From Prorocentrum cordatum (lineage: Eukaryota): 64,000 nt of DNA. Position numbers and translations under genes: made by a program. The stretch lies in assembly GCA_963575745.1 (NCBI GenBank), contig CAUYUJ010000281.1:1-64000 (forward strand). Direction: 5' to 3'. This document shows positions 35,570-48,520 of this stretch, in pieces. Numbering within the stretch: position 1 is the first letter of the stretch; each line of letters opens with the position of its first letter. The notes under the pieces were generated by a model. That model saw only the letters and a list, made by a program, of their open reading frames with translations. It was not told where the DNA came from and ran no database searches.

Positions 35570-36430
35570 GAGGAGGAGAATGAGGAGGAGGACCAGTGTA
35601 AGCCGAAGCCTCATCAACGATGTTGGAATACACCCTCCCTCCAAGCTCCCTCTTCATAGGCCCCTACAAAGGTTCATTTCCATTGAGAGAACTGCCTCGT
35701 TGGGAGACAACTGTTTGAAGACCCTGCAGCGTGCAAAAAAAACACCATTCTCGGGACTCCGACACCACGGATCAACCTGACTGTTGCGTCTTGACGGTCC
35801 TGAATCGTGGCAGAGAAAAATTATTGGGACTTCGACACCGCGGATCCACGTAACTGTTGCACCTTCACACTGCTGAATCCTTCCGAACCGCCATTTCTGG
35901 TACGTTGACCATGGGGACCCCTGAAACATTTTTAATGTTTATGACGACTGTGCGCGGCGCTAAAGCGAGAGCCGCATTTTGAAAACGAGCGGCCCTCAAT
36001 CCGTGAAGCTCTTGCATCTGTTTACAACGAATGTGCGCGGCACTGAGGCGAGAGCCACATTTTGAAAACAGCCCGAATCCGTGAAGCTCTTGCACATGTT
36101 TAATGACGAATGTGCGCGGCGCTGAAGCAAATTGAAAACTAACCGCCTTCAATCCGCGAAGCTCTTGCAACTTTTGACACGAATGTGCGCGGCGCGTAGG
36201 CGAGATCCACATGTTTAAAATGACCATCCCTCAATCCGCAACACTCTTGCAATTTTTCCACCAGAATGTGCATTGCGCTGAGGCGAGAGCCACATTTTGA
36301 AAACCACCCGCCCTCCATCTGTGAAACTGTTGTCAATGTTTTAGCGCCAGGGTCATATGTGGTGAGGAAGTCCCAAGCGACACGCCCGGCCCGCCCTTCC
36401 GACCGGCCTCGGGGTGCGACAGGGAGGAGT
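35570..36430 (-). repeat. ~800-bp dispersed repeat family E with internal ~80-bp tandem units
   Basis: Reverse complement of 45825-46570 and 53775-54690; internal unit tgtggctctcgcc..agcgccgcgcacattcg...gcaagag.ttcacggattgagggcgg..tttcaaaa. Confidence 0.85.
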
Positions 36431-36859
36431 TTGTCGTCAGAGAAACAGAGAAATGAATGGAGGCAGAAGGGGAACCAGGGGTGCCCGAATAACTGGCAGC
36501 AGTCGCCTGTTGTCCCCGTGTGGTGAGACTCATAAGATCCCCACAAGGTTTCCCCAACGTGTGCTTGCAGTGAGGGTCCAGACGTTCAATGCAGATCCAC
36601 AGCTCCAGCGCCGCTGCCCATTACCCTGAATCTTGGTTTCTGGCCACCGCTGCCTGTTGCCATGAGCAGGGTTTCGACTGACGCTGCCGTGCGTTCTTCT
36701 GGGTGGCCTCCAGGGTTGCAGTTGACATTTGCCTGAAAGGTTACTGGCGTCGGTTGGCGTTGCAGCGGTGGTCGCGACAGGTGTTCTTACGGCACGTCCT
36801 GTGCAAGAGACCAAGCGCAAGGACGACGTGACCTGGAGCCCCCCGAGGAGGCCCCAGAC

Positions 36860-37355
36860 GACCGAGGGGAGGGGGGAGCAGGACGAGGGCGAGGACGAGG
36901 AGGGCGACCAGGGAAGCCTCTCTCTCTCCCTCTCTCGGGCCGGGCGGAAGGGGGGGATAGCAAAAGGGGGGGGTGAGAATCAGCTCACATAGCTGACTTT
37001 CCCAGCGCCTCCCGGCGCTGGAGGCGCCCGTGCATCGAGGAATGGGCCCCTCGGCGGGGCCGAAACCAGCTGCATGCAGCAGATTTCGTAACCCCCCCTT
37101 TCCCGATCCCCCCTTTCGTCCGGCCCGAGAGGGGAGGGAGGAGCAGGACGAGGGCGAGGACGAGGAGGGCGACCAGGGAAGCCTCTCTGACTCTCCCTCC
37201 CTCGGCCGGGCGGAAGCGGGGGATAACAACGGGGGGGGGGGAGAATCAGCTCACATAGCGACTTTCCCAGCGCCTCCAGCGCTGGAGGCGGCCGGTGCAT
37301 CGGTTGCATCGAGGAAAAGGGGGGGATAGCAAAGGGGGGGGGTGAGAATCAGCTG
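36860..37355. repeat. Local direct duplication (~255-bp period)
   Basis: gagcaggacgagggcgaggacgaggagggcgaccagggaagcctctct...gagaatcagctcacatagc.gactttcccagcgcctcc occurs at 36876 and 37141. Confidence 0.85.
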
Positions 37356-38872
37356 CTCTCGCTGCTGCACGCTCCGGGCACGGGCAGGAGCGGGAGGCAG
37401 GCCGGCTCGGCGGCCCCCGGGGCCACGCGCCCGAGGGTGCCCGCTGGGGGGGGGGGGGGGGACGCCGGACTCTCTCGACCGCGAGAGCCGGCCGTCGGCG
37501 TCCGGAGGGGGGGGAGCCCGGAGGGAGGGCAGCAGGGGAGCGAGGCGGATGGGCATGCCCTACCACCACCACCACCACCACAAGCTGGAGGAGGAGGAGG
37601 AGGAGGAGGAGGAGGAGGAGGAGTAGGAGGAGGAGGAGGAGGAGGAGGAGGAGGAGGAGGGGAGGAGGGAGGAGGAGGAGGAGGGGGAGGAGGAGGAGGA
37701 GGAGGAGGAGGAGGAGAGGAGGAGGAGTGGAGGAGGAGGAGGAGGAGGAGGAGGAGGAGAGGAGGAGGAGGAGGAGGAGGAGGGGGAGGACCCCCTCCCC
37801 CTCCAACTTCTGGTGGTGGAAGGCGAGCCCACCAGACGTGGCACCCTGGCCCGACGGCTCCCTGCTGCAGACAGACGTATGGTGGACGCGCGCAGCTCCA
37901 GGTCCGCCGGCCCCCGGCACGCCGGAGGCGAGAAGACGCGGTGAGATGATCTGTTGGCGGCGCGCACGAGGGGTCGGCGGTGGACAAACCTCCCTTTAGC
38001 AAACCTCCCCTTCGCGAAAACGGCCCGGGACCGAAACCGACGGACCTGGACCCGCAAAAGTGCCGGCCGCAACGCCCTCTCGCGAACCGAAAACGGCCAA
38101 TTCCTTAATCGACGTGTCAGGGTAGGAGGTCTGTCCACCCCCGAAGGGGGTGGAGGGAGGGGGGAGGGCTTCTTAGAGGGAGGCTGCTTCTCAGGAGGCG
38201 CCGGCCTCACATCTCCAGAGACGAGGCCCGCGCCTCCCGAGAGGCAGGGGTGCCTCTGAGAAGCCCTCCACCCCCCCCAACCCCCCTCTGCGCGAGGCTG
38301 AGATTGGCTGCCTCTCTCCCCCCAGGCCACCCTCCACGGGGGTCCGACATCCAGCTCGAGGGGCGGGGGAGGCATGGGGGGTCCCACTGCGCGCTCCCGC
38401 AGCGAGCCCCCCTCTGGGCCCTGCGGGCCTCCAGATCCGCCCTCGGGCGCCCCCCAGACGGCGCGAGCAGAGCTCCGGCACGGCCCAGGGGCCACAGGAC
38501 GGCGCCAAGTGGCCTCGGCGCAAGGATACCCCCCAAGGCACCCAAGCCATGACGGCAGGCAAGCAAGCAGTCATGAACAGAGACTCTTGCCTTCTCGCCC
38601 CGTCGCTTCCTGCCTGAGGCCTCAAGGCTCCAAGATCGCCCCAGGGAGCGCCCTGGGAGGGGGCCCAGAGGCAAGCCGTGACGGGGTGCCCCCAGGGGAG
38701 CCCCGGGAGCGGCCTCCGGGAGGGGGGGTCCCGACTCGGGACCCCCCCCTTTGGGAGTCGTGGCCTCCAGGACGGCTCCACGCGAGGGCCCGCACGGGCC
38801 TCCACGGGGGTCGCCACGAAGCCCGAAGAGGGCCTCGCAGGCTCACGAACGAGCTCCGTAGACCTCCCATCC

Positions 38873-39000
38873 TTGCCATCGCTCGGACGTCCATTCGCCG
38901 TGCATGTTTCGGTTGCGTGCGTCTGTGTTTCGCAAGATGATCCAAGGTGCTCCTCGATGGTCCCCACCGAAAAATGATGCTCACGTCCGGGCGATGCCAA
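38873..39000. repeat. Short inverted-repeat element; second copy at ~56690-56826
   Basis: gccatcgctcggacgtccattc ... gatgat...tgctcctcga ... cacgtccg(g/a)gcgatgccaa in both copies. Confidence 0.75.
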
Positions 39001-39339
39001 GCATCTGACTCCACGAGGCTTTCAAGAGGCGCCTAGACGTCTCCAGGCTCAATATGGCTAGCCTTCTGTTTCACTTTATGCTTATCTACCGCGGGTTCGC
39101 GAACCCGCGAACCCCGGGGATTCGACACGACACGCGTGTCGTGTCGAATCCCCGGCGTTGGCTCTTGATAGCGCGGGGATCGTTCAACCTTGAACGATCG
39201 GCCGTTTCCGATACGTAGATCGTTCAACATCGACCGATTCTGGTTCGCCGGCGGCGTTCAACGCTGAACGCCGGCGGCGAGGTCGCCGCCGGTCGACATG
39301 ATGCCAACCTACGAGACAGCGTGATCCACCGCCGCTTTA

Positions 39340-40413
39340 CTGTGGAAACTTGCCCCCCTTTTCCTCCGGAACCCGGGGTTCCCCCCCCCCTCCGAACTCC
39401 CCTCCCCTGCTGGACCCCCCCCCTCCCTCCCCTCCCCGGCAAAACCCCCCCTTCCTACCCCCCCCCCTCCCCCTCGAAAACCGAGGGGGGGTCACTACCA
39501 GTTCGAACCCCCCCCCCTCGAAAACCGGGGGGGTCACTACCGGTTCGAACCCCTCCCACCACCCCACTCACCGCCAGCAAACGACTCCCGGTCCCTACCA
39601 CCGTCCGCGCCACATCCGCCACTGTTGTTCCCAGCACCACTGTCCTCACCACCACTGTCCCCACTGGTGCCACCACCGTCCCTACTGTCCCCACCAGTGC
39701 TCCCACCACTGTCGCACTGTCCCCACTGTCCCCACCACTGTTCCCACCACGGTTCCACTCTCCCCACTTTCTCCACGGCCCCAACCACTGCCCGACTATC
39801 CCCACTGTCCCCACTGTCCCACTGACTCCTCCGCTGTCCCACTGAGCTGTCCCACTGTTCCCACCACTGTCCCCACTGTCCCCACCACTGTCCCCACTGT
39901 ACCTCTGTCCCATTGTCCCACCGCCGTCCTCGCCACCGCCTTCACCACTGTCCCCACCACCACTGTACCCTCCACTGTCCCACTGTTTCCACCCATTCCC
40001 ACTGTCCCCACACCAGTCCCCACCACCACCGTCCCCACCACTGTCCACTGTCCCCACTGTTCCCACCATTGTCCTCACCACTGTCCCCACCACTACAGTC
40101 CCCACCACTGTCCCACTGTCCCCACCACTGTCCCGCTGTCCCCTCACCACTGTCCCCACCACCACCGTCACCACCACTGTCCGCATTGCCCCTTGGTTCT
40201 CGAGGAGGGGGGCAGGGGGGTTCGAACCGGTAGTCACCCCCCCTGTTTTCGAGGGGGGGGGGTTCGAACCGGCAGTGACCCCCCCCCCTTTTCATGATGA
40301 ACTGGGGGAGGGGGGGGGGGTTCGAACCCGTAGTGACCCCCCCGGTTTTCCGGAGGGGGGGGGGGAGGGGTTCGAACCGGTAGTGACCCCCCCCGGTTTT
40401 CCGCCAGCAACGG
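39340..40413. mobile_element. Foldback-like element: inverted arms made of tandem ~45-bp units around a (CACCACTGTCCC)n-like satellite core
   Basis: Left arm has gaaaaccggggggggtcactaccggttcgaacccc x2 (39470-39555). Right arm has ggggttcgaaccggtagtgaccccccc(g)gttttc x4 (40215-40402). Core at 39595-40185. Confidence 0.65.
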
Positions 40414-41451
40414 TAGAACACGCTCTTTCCAACCTACCGTAATCCCCTTGTTCCAAGCGATCGTCTGGGCATCGCTTCTGGATGGGCTGCTGGGGATGCA
40501 GGCTGCGGACATTATCACATTCGCCCAGCCACCCTGTGGGGGTCGGCGGAATAGCCTCTTGATAAAAGGATCTCCGTCAGGACTGCAGCGCAACGTCTCG
40601 GCAGTTCGAAAGGACGAATGTGTGGCGCAAGGGCCAAGCCACGATGCGTGAAGGAAGCCCATTTGCGAGACATTGCATTCGTGCCCTTTGCAAAACAGCC
40701 CCCCTTGATCCCCGCCCAGGGCCCCCGCCGAGTCGCAGACCCATGCCGACCACTTCACAACCTCACCTAAACCCTGCCCTAAGCCAGGGAAAATCACTGA
40801 TGTTGGTCTCTTGTACTTCCTGGGCGTCCAAGAGAGCCTCAAGAAGACTCAAGATGGCTTCAAGATAGCTCAAGACAACCGCAGGACGGCCCGAGGGCCC
40901 CAAAGGGACCCCCAGGAGCGCCTCCAGAGGCCAAAGACATTGCTTCCCCACACGTGTCTGGAAGACTTTCTGGCGTTTCTGCATGCTTTGCCTCGGGGCC
41001 AAAGAGCACCCCAGGATGGCCCAAGAGCACCCCAAGGCGGCCCAACCCAAGACGTCGCAAGAGGCCCTCAAGACGGCCCAGGACGACCCCCAAGAGAGCC
41101 CCAAGGCGGTCCCGAGAGGCCCCCAAGACGGCCTCCGAACGGGCCAGACGGCGCCCATGGGCACCCCGAGGCGGCCCAAGGAGGCGGCCCAGGAGGCCCC
41201 CAAGAGGCCCCCAAGAGGCCCCCAAGAGGCCCCCAAGAGGCCCCCAAGAGGCTCGCTCCCAGGAGTCCCCACAACGACTGGACTGTTAGTGGTCTGGACG
41301 TGCACACCGCGAAGCGAGAGGAACAAAGTGGGCACCTAAGCAGGCATCTCCTGGCACATGAAGGTCCTGTTCAAGAGGAGGTGTTCACTCTACACTCAGG
41401 TGAACATTGCTGGTTGTGAAAATTTTGAGCGCATGGCAATCGATCGGAAGC

Positions 41452-41697
41452 GCGGTTCACGCACACGCACGCGCGCGCGGGCGCGCGCAACCGCGCGGGC
41501 GCGCTCAGGATGGGCTTCGGGCTCGGGCTCGGTCTCAAGCTCGGGCTCGGGCTCGCGCTCGCGCCTGAGCTTGCGCGCGCACGCGCGCGCACGCACGCGA
41601 TCGCGAACGCGCGCGCGCACACGCACACGAAGGTGCACACGCGCACGAAAGCATGCACGCACGCGCGCATGCGCACGCGCGCGCACGCGCACGCGGA
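41452..41697. repeat. Alternating purine-pyrimidine (GC/CA)n low-complexity tract
   Basis: Directly visible. Confidence 0.85.
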
Positions 41698-41854
41698 CTG
41701 CCCCCTGTTTGGGGGCGAGGCGCGACTACAATGCTAGGACACCCACAACTGGGCCCCATACCGCCCTCCCGACCTCATTTATATGTCTAAAGCCCTATTC
41801 AGGGTGTGGTTACACTGCCCAATTTGAACGAGGGAAAATGCTTACATCATATTA

Positions 41855-42085
41855 TGTCGTCAAGAAGGGTTGGCTCCAGCACCCAGCTTTGACGAAGGAC
41901 GATGGTTCCAGCAGCCCAAGCCGTGGGCTCCAGCACTCCATTTTTGCGATAGACGTGGCTCCCGCAGATTATGTCTTCAGGAAGGGTGGATTCCAGCACC
42001 CAATGCTTACGAGGGACAATGGTTCCAGCAACCCACGCCGTGGGTTCCAGCACTCAATTTTGACGAAGGAAAGCCGCTCCAGCAA
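41855..42085. repeat. Short tandem duplication (~120-bp period)
   Basis: ca(a/g)gaagggt..ctccagcaccca...ggacgatggttccagca.ccca.gccgtggg.tccagcactc occurs twice. Confidence 0.75.
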
Positions 42086-44879
42086 ATGATGCCGGCAAAA
42101 CGACCGGGCCGTGTTGTGAAACGGCAGCTAGGGAGCCCCGTGCCCCAGCCACGAACCCTCCGACAGTCCGCCGAACATTGCACCAGCAACATATTCACCC
42201 AAGTGTAGGAAATAAGCATACATGCCACACCACGCGCAGGTTTGAGCACAAGGCATGCTGAAGTATTGACAGCGAGGCGCAGTTCGCACGACACCCTGAG
42301 CATTATCAATGAAATGGTTGGTGGGGGCACCTGCGTACAAGAGCAGCACCAGTTTCACACACACACACACACAAATACGCACACACATACACACGACGCA
42401 CACACGACACACACACACACGGACACACACACACACACACACGACAAAAACGACACACACGCACACGACACACACACACACACACACGACACACACATGA
42501 CACACGCACAACACACACACACTGCATCCTTCTCCGTATCCTGTGCCCTCGCACTACGAGCGTTGAGTCTAGGAAAAAGCTGCTGGGGAGCGCCGACCTC
42601 GTCGGTGACAGCCATGGCGGGCTTCAACAATTCCCAGACTTCAAGGCCCAAGTGCGCGGCCGCGTGCTTCAGACGCGGGCAGCCGGCTGCCGGGGAGCTA
42701 GGGCCGTGGCAGCTGCGGGGGCGCGGCCAGAGAGCAACCGAGGCCGTTCAAGCTGGACTCGGCGACACATCGCCGATAGGTCGGCGACACGCCGCCGATA
42801 ATTAGCAAGTCCGCCCTTGTCGGCGATAAATGGGCGAATTGGGGTCGGTGCGTACCCCCTCTGAGCCCATCCCCCCCCTGACGCTGCTCCTGATCAGGGG
42901 GGGGGACAACATTTATTCCTGGGCCGCTCCTGGGATGCGTTCTGGCCAGAATCCCGAGGCGGATCCAGCAGTGGCCACGAGGGCGTCCCAGGACGATCAA
43001 AAACCTCCAGAGAACGAACCTCGGAGCGCGAATCTCGAACCTCTTCGCTCATCCCCTCTACGGTAAGGAACTTTTGCTTAGCGTGTCGCCGCGGCGGCCC
43101 GGGCGACACGCTATGCCCTGCAGGCGGGTAGCGCGTCACCCCGCTCCGCGGGGCGTAAGGCCGGGAAATGCTCGGGCCCTGAATGCTCGGGGAGTGGGAC
43201 GTGGTTCGCGTGTCGCGCCGAAGCGCGGTGGGCCAGAACTGGCATTGCGCTGCGACACGCTAAGACAAACTTCCGGACCTCATTCGGATGGGCACCCCCT
43301 TTCCGCGCTCTATCGGGCATCTTGCTCTATCGTTCCCTCGACATCCTCGCCGATCTCGTCGTAAAACATGAGCGTTCGTCGTCGTCGGCGTTCACATTGT
43401 CATCGTCACCAGTACCACCCCCAATTACCATCGTCGCTCTAGGCGTCAGATTTCCCCTCCAAGATCATGGCCAACACAAATCATTACACATCACGAATCT
43501 GAGAAGCGTCCTCCGCAACGCTGGTATCATCCTTCAAGCCATCTATCATCTGCCACCATGCCGCGAGGCGCGAAGTAAAGCTTTCTCGACCCCTGGGATT
43601 ATAGCATTCTAACGACTGGGGCCCCGAAATCCCAGATGTCCTGGGCGTTCCCGCGCGCTCTTGGGCTGCCCCGCATGACTTTTCCAGAAGGCAGAGGGGC
43701 CCAAGACGGGCCATAAGGGCCCCGGAAAGCGCCCTAGAGGGTCCAAGAGGCTTCAAAAGACAGCCCGTGAGCGCTCCAAGACCCCCAGAAGCGCTCCAAG
43801 ACGGCGACAGGGAGAAGTTACCTGTGAGGAGGGGGAGGGGGGGGAGGAGGAGAGAGGGAGGAGGAGGAGGAGGAGGAGGGGAGGAGGAGGAGGAGGAGGA
43901 GGAGAGAGGAGGAGGGAAGGAGGAGGGGAGGAGGAGGAGAGGAGGGGGAGGAGGGGGACGAGGAGGGGGAGGGGGAGGCGGAGGCGGAAGAGGAGGCGAG
44001 GAGGAGGAGCAGGAGGAGGAGGGAGGAGGAGGGAGTAGGAGGAGGAGAAGGAGGAGAGAGGAGGAGGAGGGAGGAGGAGGAGGAGGGAGGAGGAGGAGGA
44101 GGAGGAGGAGGAGGAGGAGGAGGAGGAGGAGGAGTGAGGAGGAGGGGAGGAGAGGAGGAGGAGGAGAGGAGGAGGGAGGAGGAGGAGGAGGAGGAGGGAG
44201 GAGGAGGAGGAGGAGGAGGAGGAGGAGGAGGAGGAGGAGGAGGAGGAGGAGGAGGAGGAGAGAAGGAGGAGGCGGATGGGAAGGAGACACGCGGACTGGA
44301 ATCGGACATCCCAGGAGCTGCGTAGGTCGCAGGTGGTTCACCCCGGCGTGGGGCAGCCGTGCGAGGAAACTGGACCAATCAGCATCGAATCGGGAAATCG
44401 GATCGGATCGAACCCTCGTCGGATCGAAACCTTCGTCAGATCGGATCGATACCTTCGTGGAATCGGCTTGGATCGGCCGGCCGGAAGCGATGTCGAATCG
44501 GATCGGCGTGGGTCCTGGCGAGAGGTGGAGGGCAGCCGAAGCTCTGGCACGCCGAGCAGCAGCCAGGCCCACCCCCAGAGAGAGAGAGAGAGAGTGCCGC
44601 GAGCCCCTGCATCGGAGCAAGCATGCCTCCTGCAAGGGTCCAATGACCGAGAACGTCTCAAGACTCTTCCTCTGAAGATTCCTCTTGTTCTGAATATCGC
44701 CGGTCCTCTTCCCATGCAGCAGCGTGTGACCTCAACCGATATGGGCAGCATGGCTGGTCTCCTTTTACTCTCGAAACGAGCCTGCTTCCCATGCATATGT
44801 CACGCGCAAGCGAGTACGACAATGTAGCGGAAGCTGACATGGGACATGAGAGGCGAGAGAAGTGATGGAGGGAGGAAGG

Positions 44880-45027
44880 AAGAGGGAAGACGGGGGGAAG
44901 ATAGCACAGGAAGGAGAGGGGAAGGGAGGAGTGATGGAGTGAGGGCTGAAGATAGAAGCGAGAGAAAGAGAGAGAGAGAGGGGGAGAGAACGCAAGAGGG
45001 AAAGAGACAGAAAGAGATACACATATG

Positions 45028-45059
<32 letters not shown>

Positions 45060-45245
45060 AACAACAAAAAACAGAGACAGAGAGAGAGAGAGAAAATACA
45101 GAGATCAGTGAAGAGACGGGAGGGGAAAGAAATAGAGAGAGAATACAGGGGGGGAGAGAGAGAGAGAGAGAGAGACACACACACACATAGATAAAGAGGA
45201 GGAATGGAGAGAGAAAGAGAGATAGAGAGAGAGAGAGAGAGAGGC
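44880..45245. repeat. (GA)n-rich microsatellite region
   Basis: Directly visible. Confidence 0.9.
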
Positions 45246-45519
45246 ATCGGGGTAGAGGGAGACCCAGAGGAACAAAGACGGCAGACCGACAGGAGAGGAG
45301 GGGGGCAGCGGGAGGACGGACGGAAGGATGTCGGAGGAGGGACGGGGGACGAGCAGGGCGGCAGGGAGAGGCGCTGCAACCTTTCCCGCATGCACGAAGT
45401 CTGGCCCCGGGTCGTCTCGCGCAGGGCACCGCGTCCGCGAGAGAAACGTCTCTCTCTCTCTCTCTGTCCCTCTCTCTGTCTCTGTCTCTTCCTCTGCCCC
45501 CCTCCTTTCTATGCTCCCA

Positions 45520-45551
<32 letters not shown>

Positions 45552-45824
45552 CCTCCTCCTCCCTCCCTCCCTCCCTCCCTCCCTCCCTCACTCACTCCTC
45601 CTCCTCCGTCCCCTCCCCCTGCTTCTCCTTCCCCCCCCTTTGGCCCCCATCCTCCCTCATCTTCCCTCCTCTTCGTTTCTCCTTGCCCTCGCCCCATCTC
45701 TCGCCTCGTCGTCCTCCTCCTAATCCTCCTGTATGCCCGCTGCTGCTGCTCCTCCTCCTCTTTTTCCTCCTCCTCCTCCTCCTCCTCATCTTCCTCCTCC
45801 ATTCCTTTTCCTTATGAATAACTT

Positions 45825-46570
45825 CTCCCTGTCGCACCCCGAGGCCAGTTTTTAGGGCGGGCCGGGTGTTTCGCCTGAGACTCCCTCACCACGTATGGCT
45901 CTGAAACTTCAAAAGTGGCAACAGCTTCACAGACGGGTGGTTTTCAAAATGTGGCTCTCACCTTAGCGCCGCGTACATTCGATTTGCAAGAGTTTCACGG
46001 ATTGAAGGTGGGCCGTTTTCAAAATGTGTCTCTCGCCTTAGCGCCGCGCACATTCGTTGTAAACATTTGCAAGAGTTTCACGGATTGAGGGCGGTTCCTT
46101 TTCAAAATGTGGCTCTCGCCTTAACACAGCCCACATTCGTTTTAAACATTTGGAAGGGTTTCACGGATTGAGGGCGGTTCCTTTTCAAAATGTGGCTCTC
46201 GCCTTCGCGCCGCGCACATTCGTTAAAAAGAACTACAAGCGTTTCACGGATTCCTATGATTAACGAAATGGTGCTTGGGACGGATGCAGGACTATGCGGG
46301 TGCAACGATCATGTTGATTCGCGGTGCTGAAGTCCCAAAATGGAGTTCTGTAACGATTCCGAATCGTCAAGACGCAGCAGTCAGGTTGATCCGTGGCGTT
46401 GAAATCCCGAGAACAATGTGTTGGCATGCCTCAGGGTCTTCAAACGGTTGTCCTCCAAGCAGGCAGTTCCCGCAGTGGAAACGAACCGTTGTAGAGGCCT
46501 ACAAAGAGGGAGCTTGGAGGGAGGGTTAATTCCAACATCGTTGATGACTCTTAGGCTTACACTGGCCCTC
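45825..46570 (+). repeat. Dispersed repeat family E copy
   Basis: Begins cctgtcgcaccccgaggcc and ends ttccaacatcgttgatga...ggcttacactgg followed by (CCT)n. Confidence 0.85.
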
Positions 46571-47289
46571 CTCCTCCTCCTCCCTCCTCCTCCCTCCTCC
46601 TCCCTCCTCCCTACTCCCTCCTCCTCCTCCTCCCTCCCCCCCCTCCTCCTCCTCCTCCTCCTCCTCCTCCTCCTCCTCCTCCTCCTCCTCCTCCTCCTCC
46701 TCCTCTTCATCTTCCCCCTCCTCCCCGTCCTCCTCCTCCTCCTCCTCCTCCTCCTCCTCCTCCTCATCCTCCTCCCATGCTCTCCGCTTCTACCCGCATA
46801 CTTGCGCCTCCCTGCCCCTGTCTCTGCCTCGGGCGCTCTCTCTCTCTCTCTCTATCTCTCCCTCTCTCTCTCTCTCTCCCTCTCTCTGTCTGTCTTTCCG
46901 CCTCTCCGCTGATCCCTCTATGTACTCCTCTCTCTCTCTCTCTCTATATATAGATATATGTGTTGGTCTTATTTTGTCGTGCCTGCTTACGGGGGCCACC
47001 AGGCTGCGAGCATCGGGTTTCAGCAAAGTCCTCAGCTCCTCGGTCCCAGTCGCAATTCCAATGCAACCTCTAGCTTTCCGTCTCCACTGCTATAGTTATA
47101 CTTCCATCCGCGCGGGGGGGAGCCGAGAACCGCCCTCGTCGCCACGGCCTCCCCTGGTTCTCGGAAATCCCCTGGGGGACCCTGGGAAGTCTAAACATGC
47201 GTGTGATTCGCATTCCTGGGGTCACATTCCTTGTAAGTTGCACTCGATTTACGCTCTCGATGCTAGAATCCATAGTCAAAATTACTCTG

Positions 47290-47570
47290 CGTCGCGCTCC
47301 CGAGACCCAACTCCACTGCCACGTTCTCCAGACTCGCGCTCCCGAGGTCAGAATCCACAGCAATTTCACCATATCCGCGCTCCCATCCCAGATCCCAGCA
47401 TCTCTGTCACACCAGACTCGCGCTCCCGAGACCAGAGTCCTCTCTGCAAATTCACCGGGCTCGTGCTGCGGAGGCCCGAATCCCTCGCACACGGCGCTCG
47501 ACTCGCGCTGCCGAGGCCAGAATCCTCCGTACACTGCGCCAGATTCGCGCCGCCGAGGCCAATATCTACA
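47290..47570. repeat. Degenerate 42-bp minisatellite (~7 units)
   Basis: gactcgcgct(c/g)ccgag(g/a)ccagaatcc recurs at ~47291, 47331, 47415, 47459, 47500 and 47542. Confidence 0.75.
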
Positions 47571-47574
47571 TAGA

Positions 47575-47613
47575 TGTGTGTATACATATATATATAGGTA
47601 CCCATATACATAT

Positions 47614-47645
<32 letters not shown>

Positions 47646-47827
47646 TATACACACATATATATATATATGTATATATGTATATGTGTGTGTGCATCTATGC
47701 ATATATATAGATATATGTTTATATATATACACATATATATATGTTTGTATGTGTGTATATGTATATCTATCTATCTATCTATATATCTATCTATATATCT
47801 ATATATCTATATATCTATCTATCTATA

Positions 47828-47872
<45 letters not shown>

Positions 47873-47875
47873 GTC
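47575..47875. repeat. (TA)n/(TCTA)n microsatellite
   Basis: Directly visible. Confidence 0.95.
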
Positions 47876-48333
47876 TGTGAGCGTTTTTTTCGGCATTTCG
47901 ACATTGGGCGGGAGTGGGGGGGGACAGGGGGGGTCAACCTCTGCTGAGCGCGACTGTTTGCAACAGTGCGTCCTGTGGAGCAGCCTCCGCCTGCTCGAAA
48001 CAGGCGCCAACAACAGCCAAGATCCACTCCATGGGGGAGGGCGGAGGGGGAGGGAGGGGGAGGGGGGTGCGAGGGCCCGCGCCGATCGGCAAAACAACGA
48101 ACAAGAAAACTCGGGGGGGCACAAGCATGGATTAGCGATCCATGGATTTGGCGCGCGGTCGCCTGATCCATGGATCGGGGGAGGCGCCCTCCCCGAAATG
48201 CGGCCGGTGCCGCCCCGCTCGGCGGCGGAAATCCGCGACTTCCCGTGGGAACGGGGCCCGTCGCTGATCCACTCCCCCTCAGTCTATGTCTGCGGTGGCC
48301 TGAGAACAAGAAGACGGTCGCTCTGAAGATCTA

Positions 48334-48520
48334 GGGGAACAAAAAGTGACATAAACATAAAAACTCGGACGTCCGCGCGGATTTCTCGGATCGGCGCTGG
48401 GGCCCCCTGGCGGCGCCTCCGGCGCCGCCCCTGGCGCGCTCCGCGCGCCAGGGAGGGGGGTCCAGCGAGAAATCCACGCGGACCTCCGAGTTTTTACGTT
48501 TATGCCACTTTTTGTTCCCC
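48334..48520. mobile_element. MITE family C, best-preserved copy, TA flanks
   Basis: TA|ggggaacaaaaagtgacataaacataaaaactcgga ... tccgagtttttacgtttatgccactttttgttcccc|TA. Confidence 0.85.

Noticed and set aside
47290..47570. Repeat-spacer pattern with 42-bp period
   Set aside because: The intervening parts are short and partly related; this is a degenerate tandem repeat.
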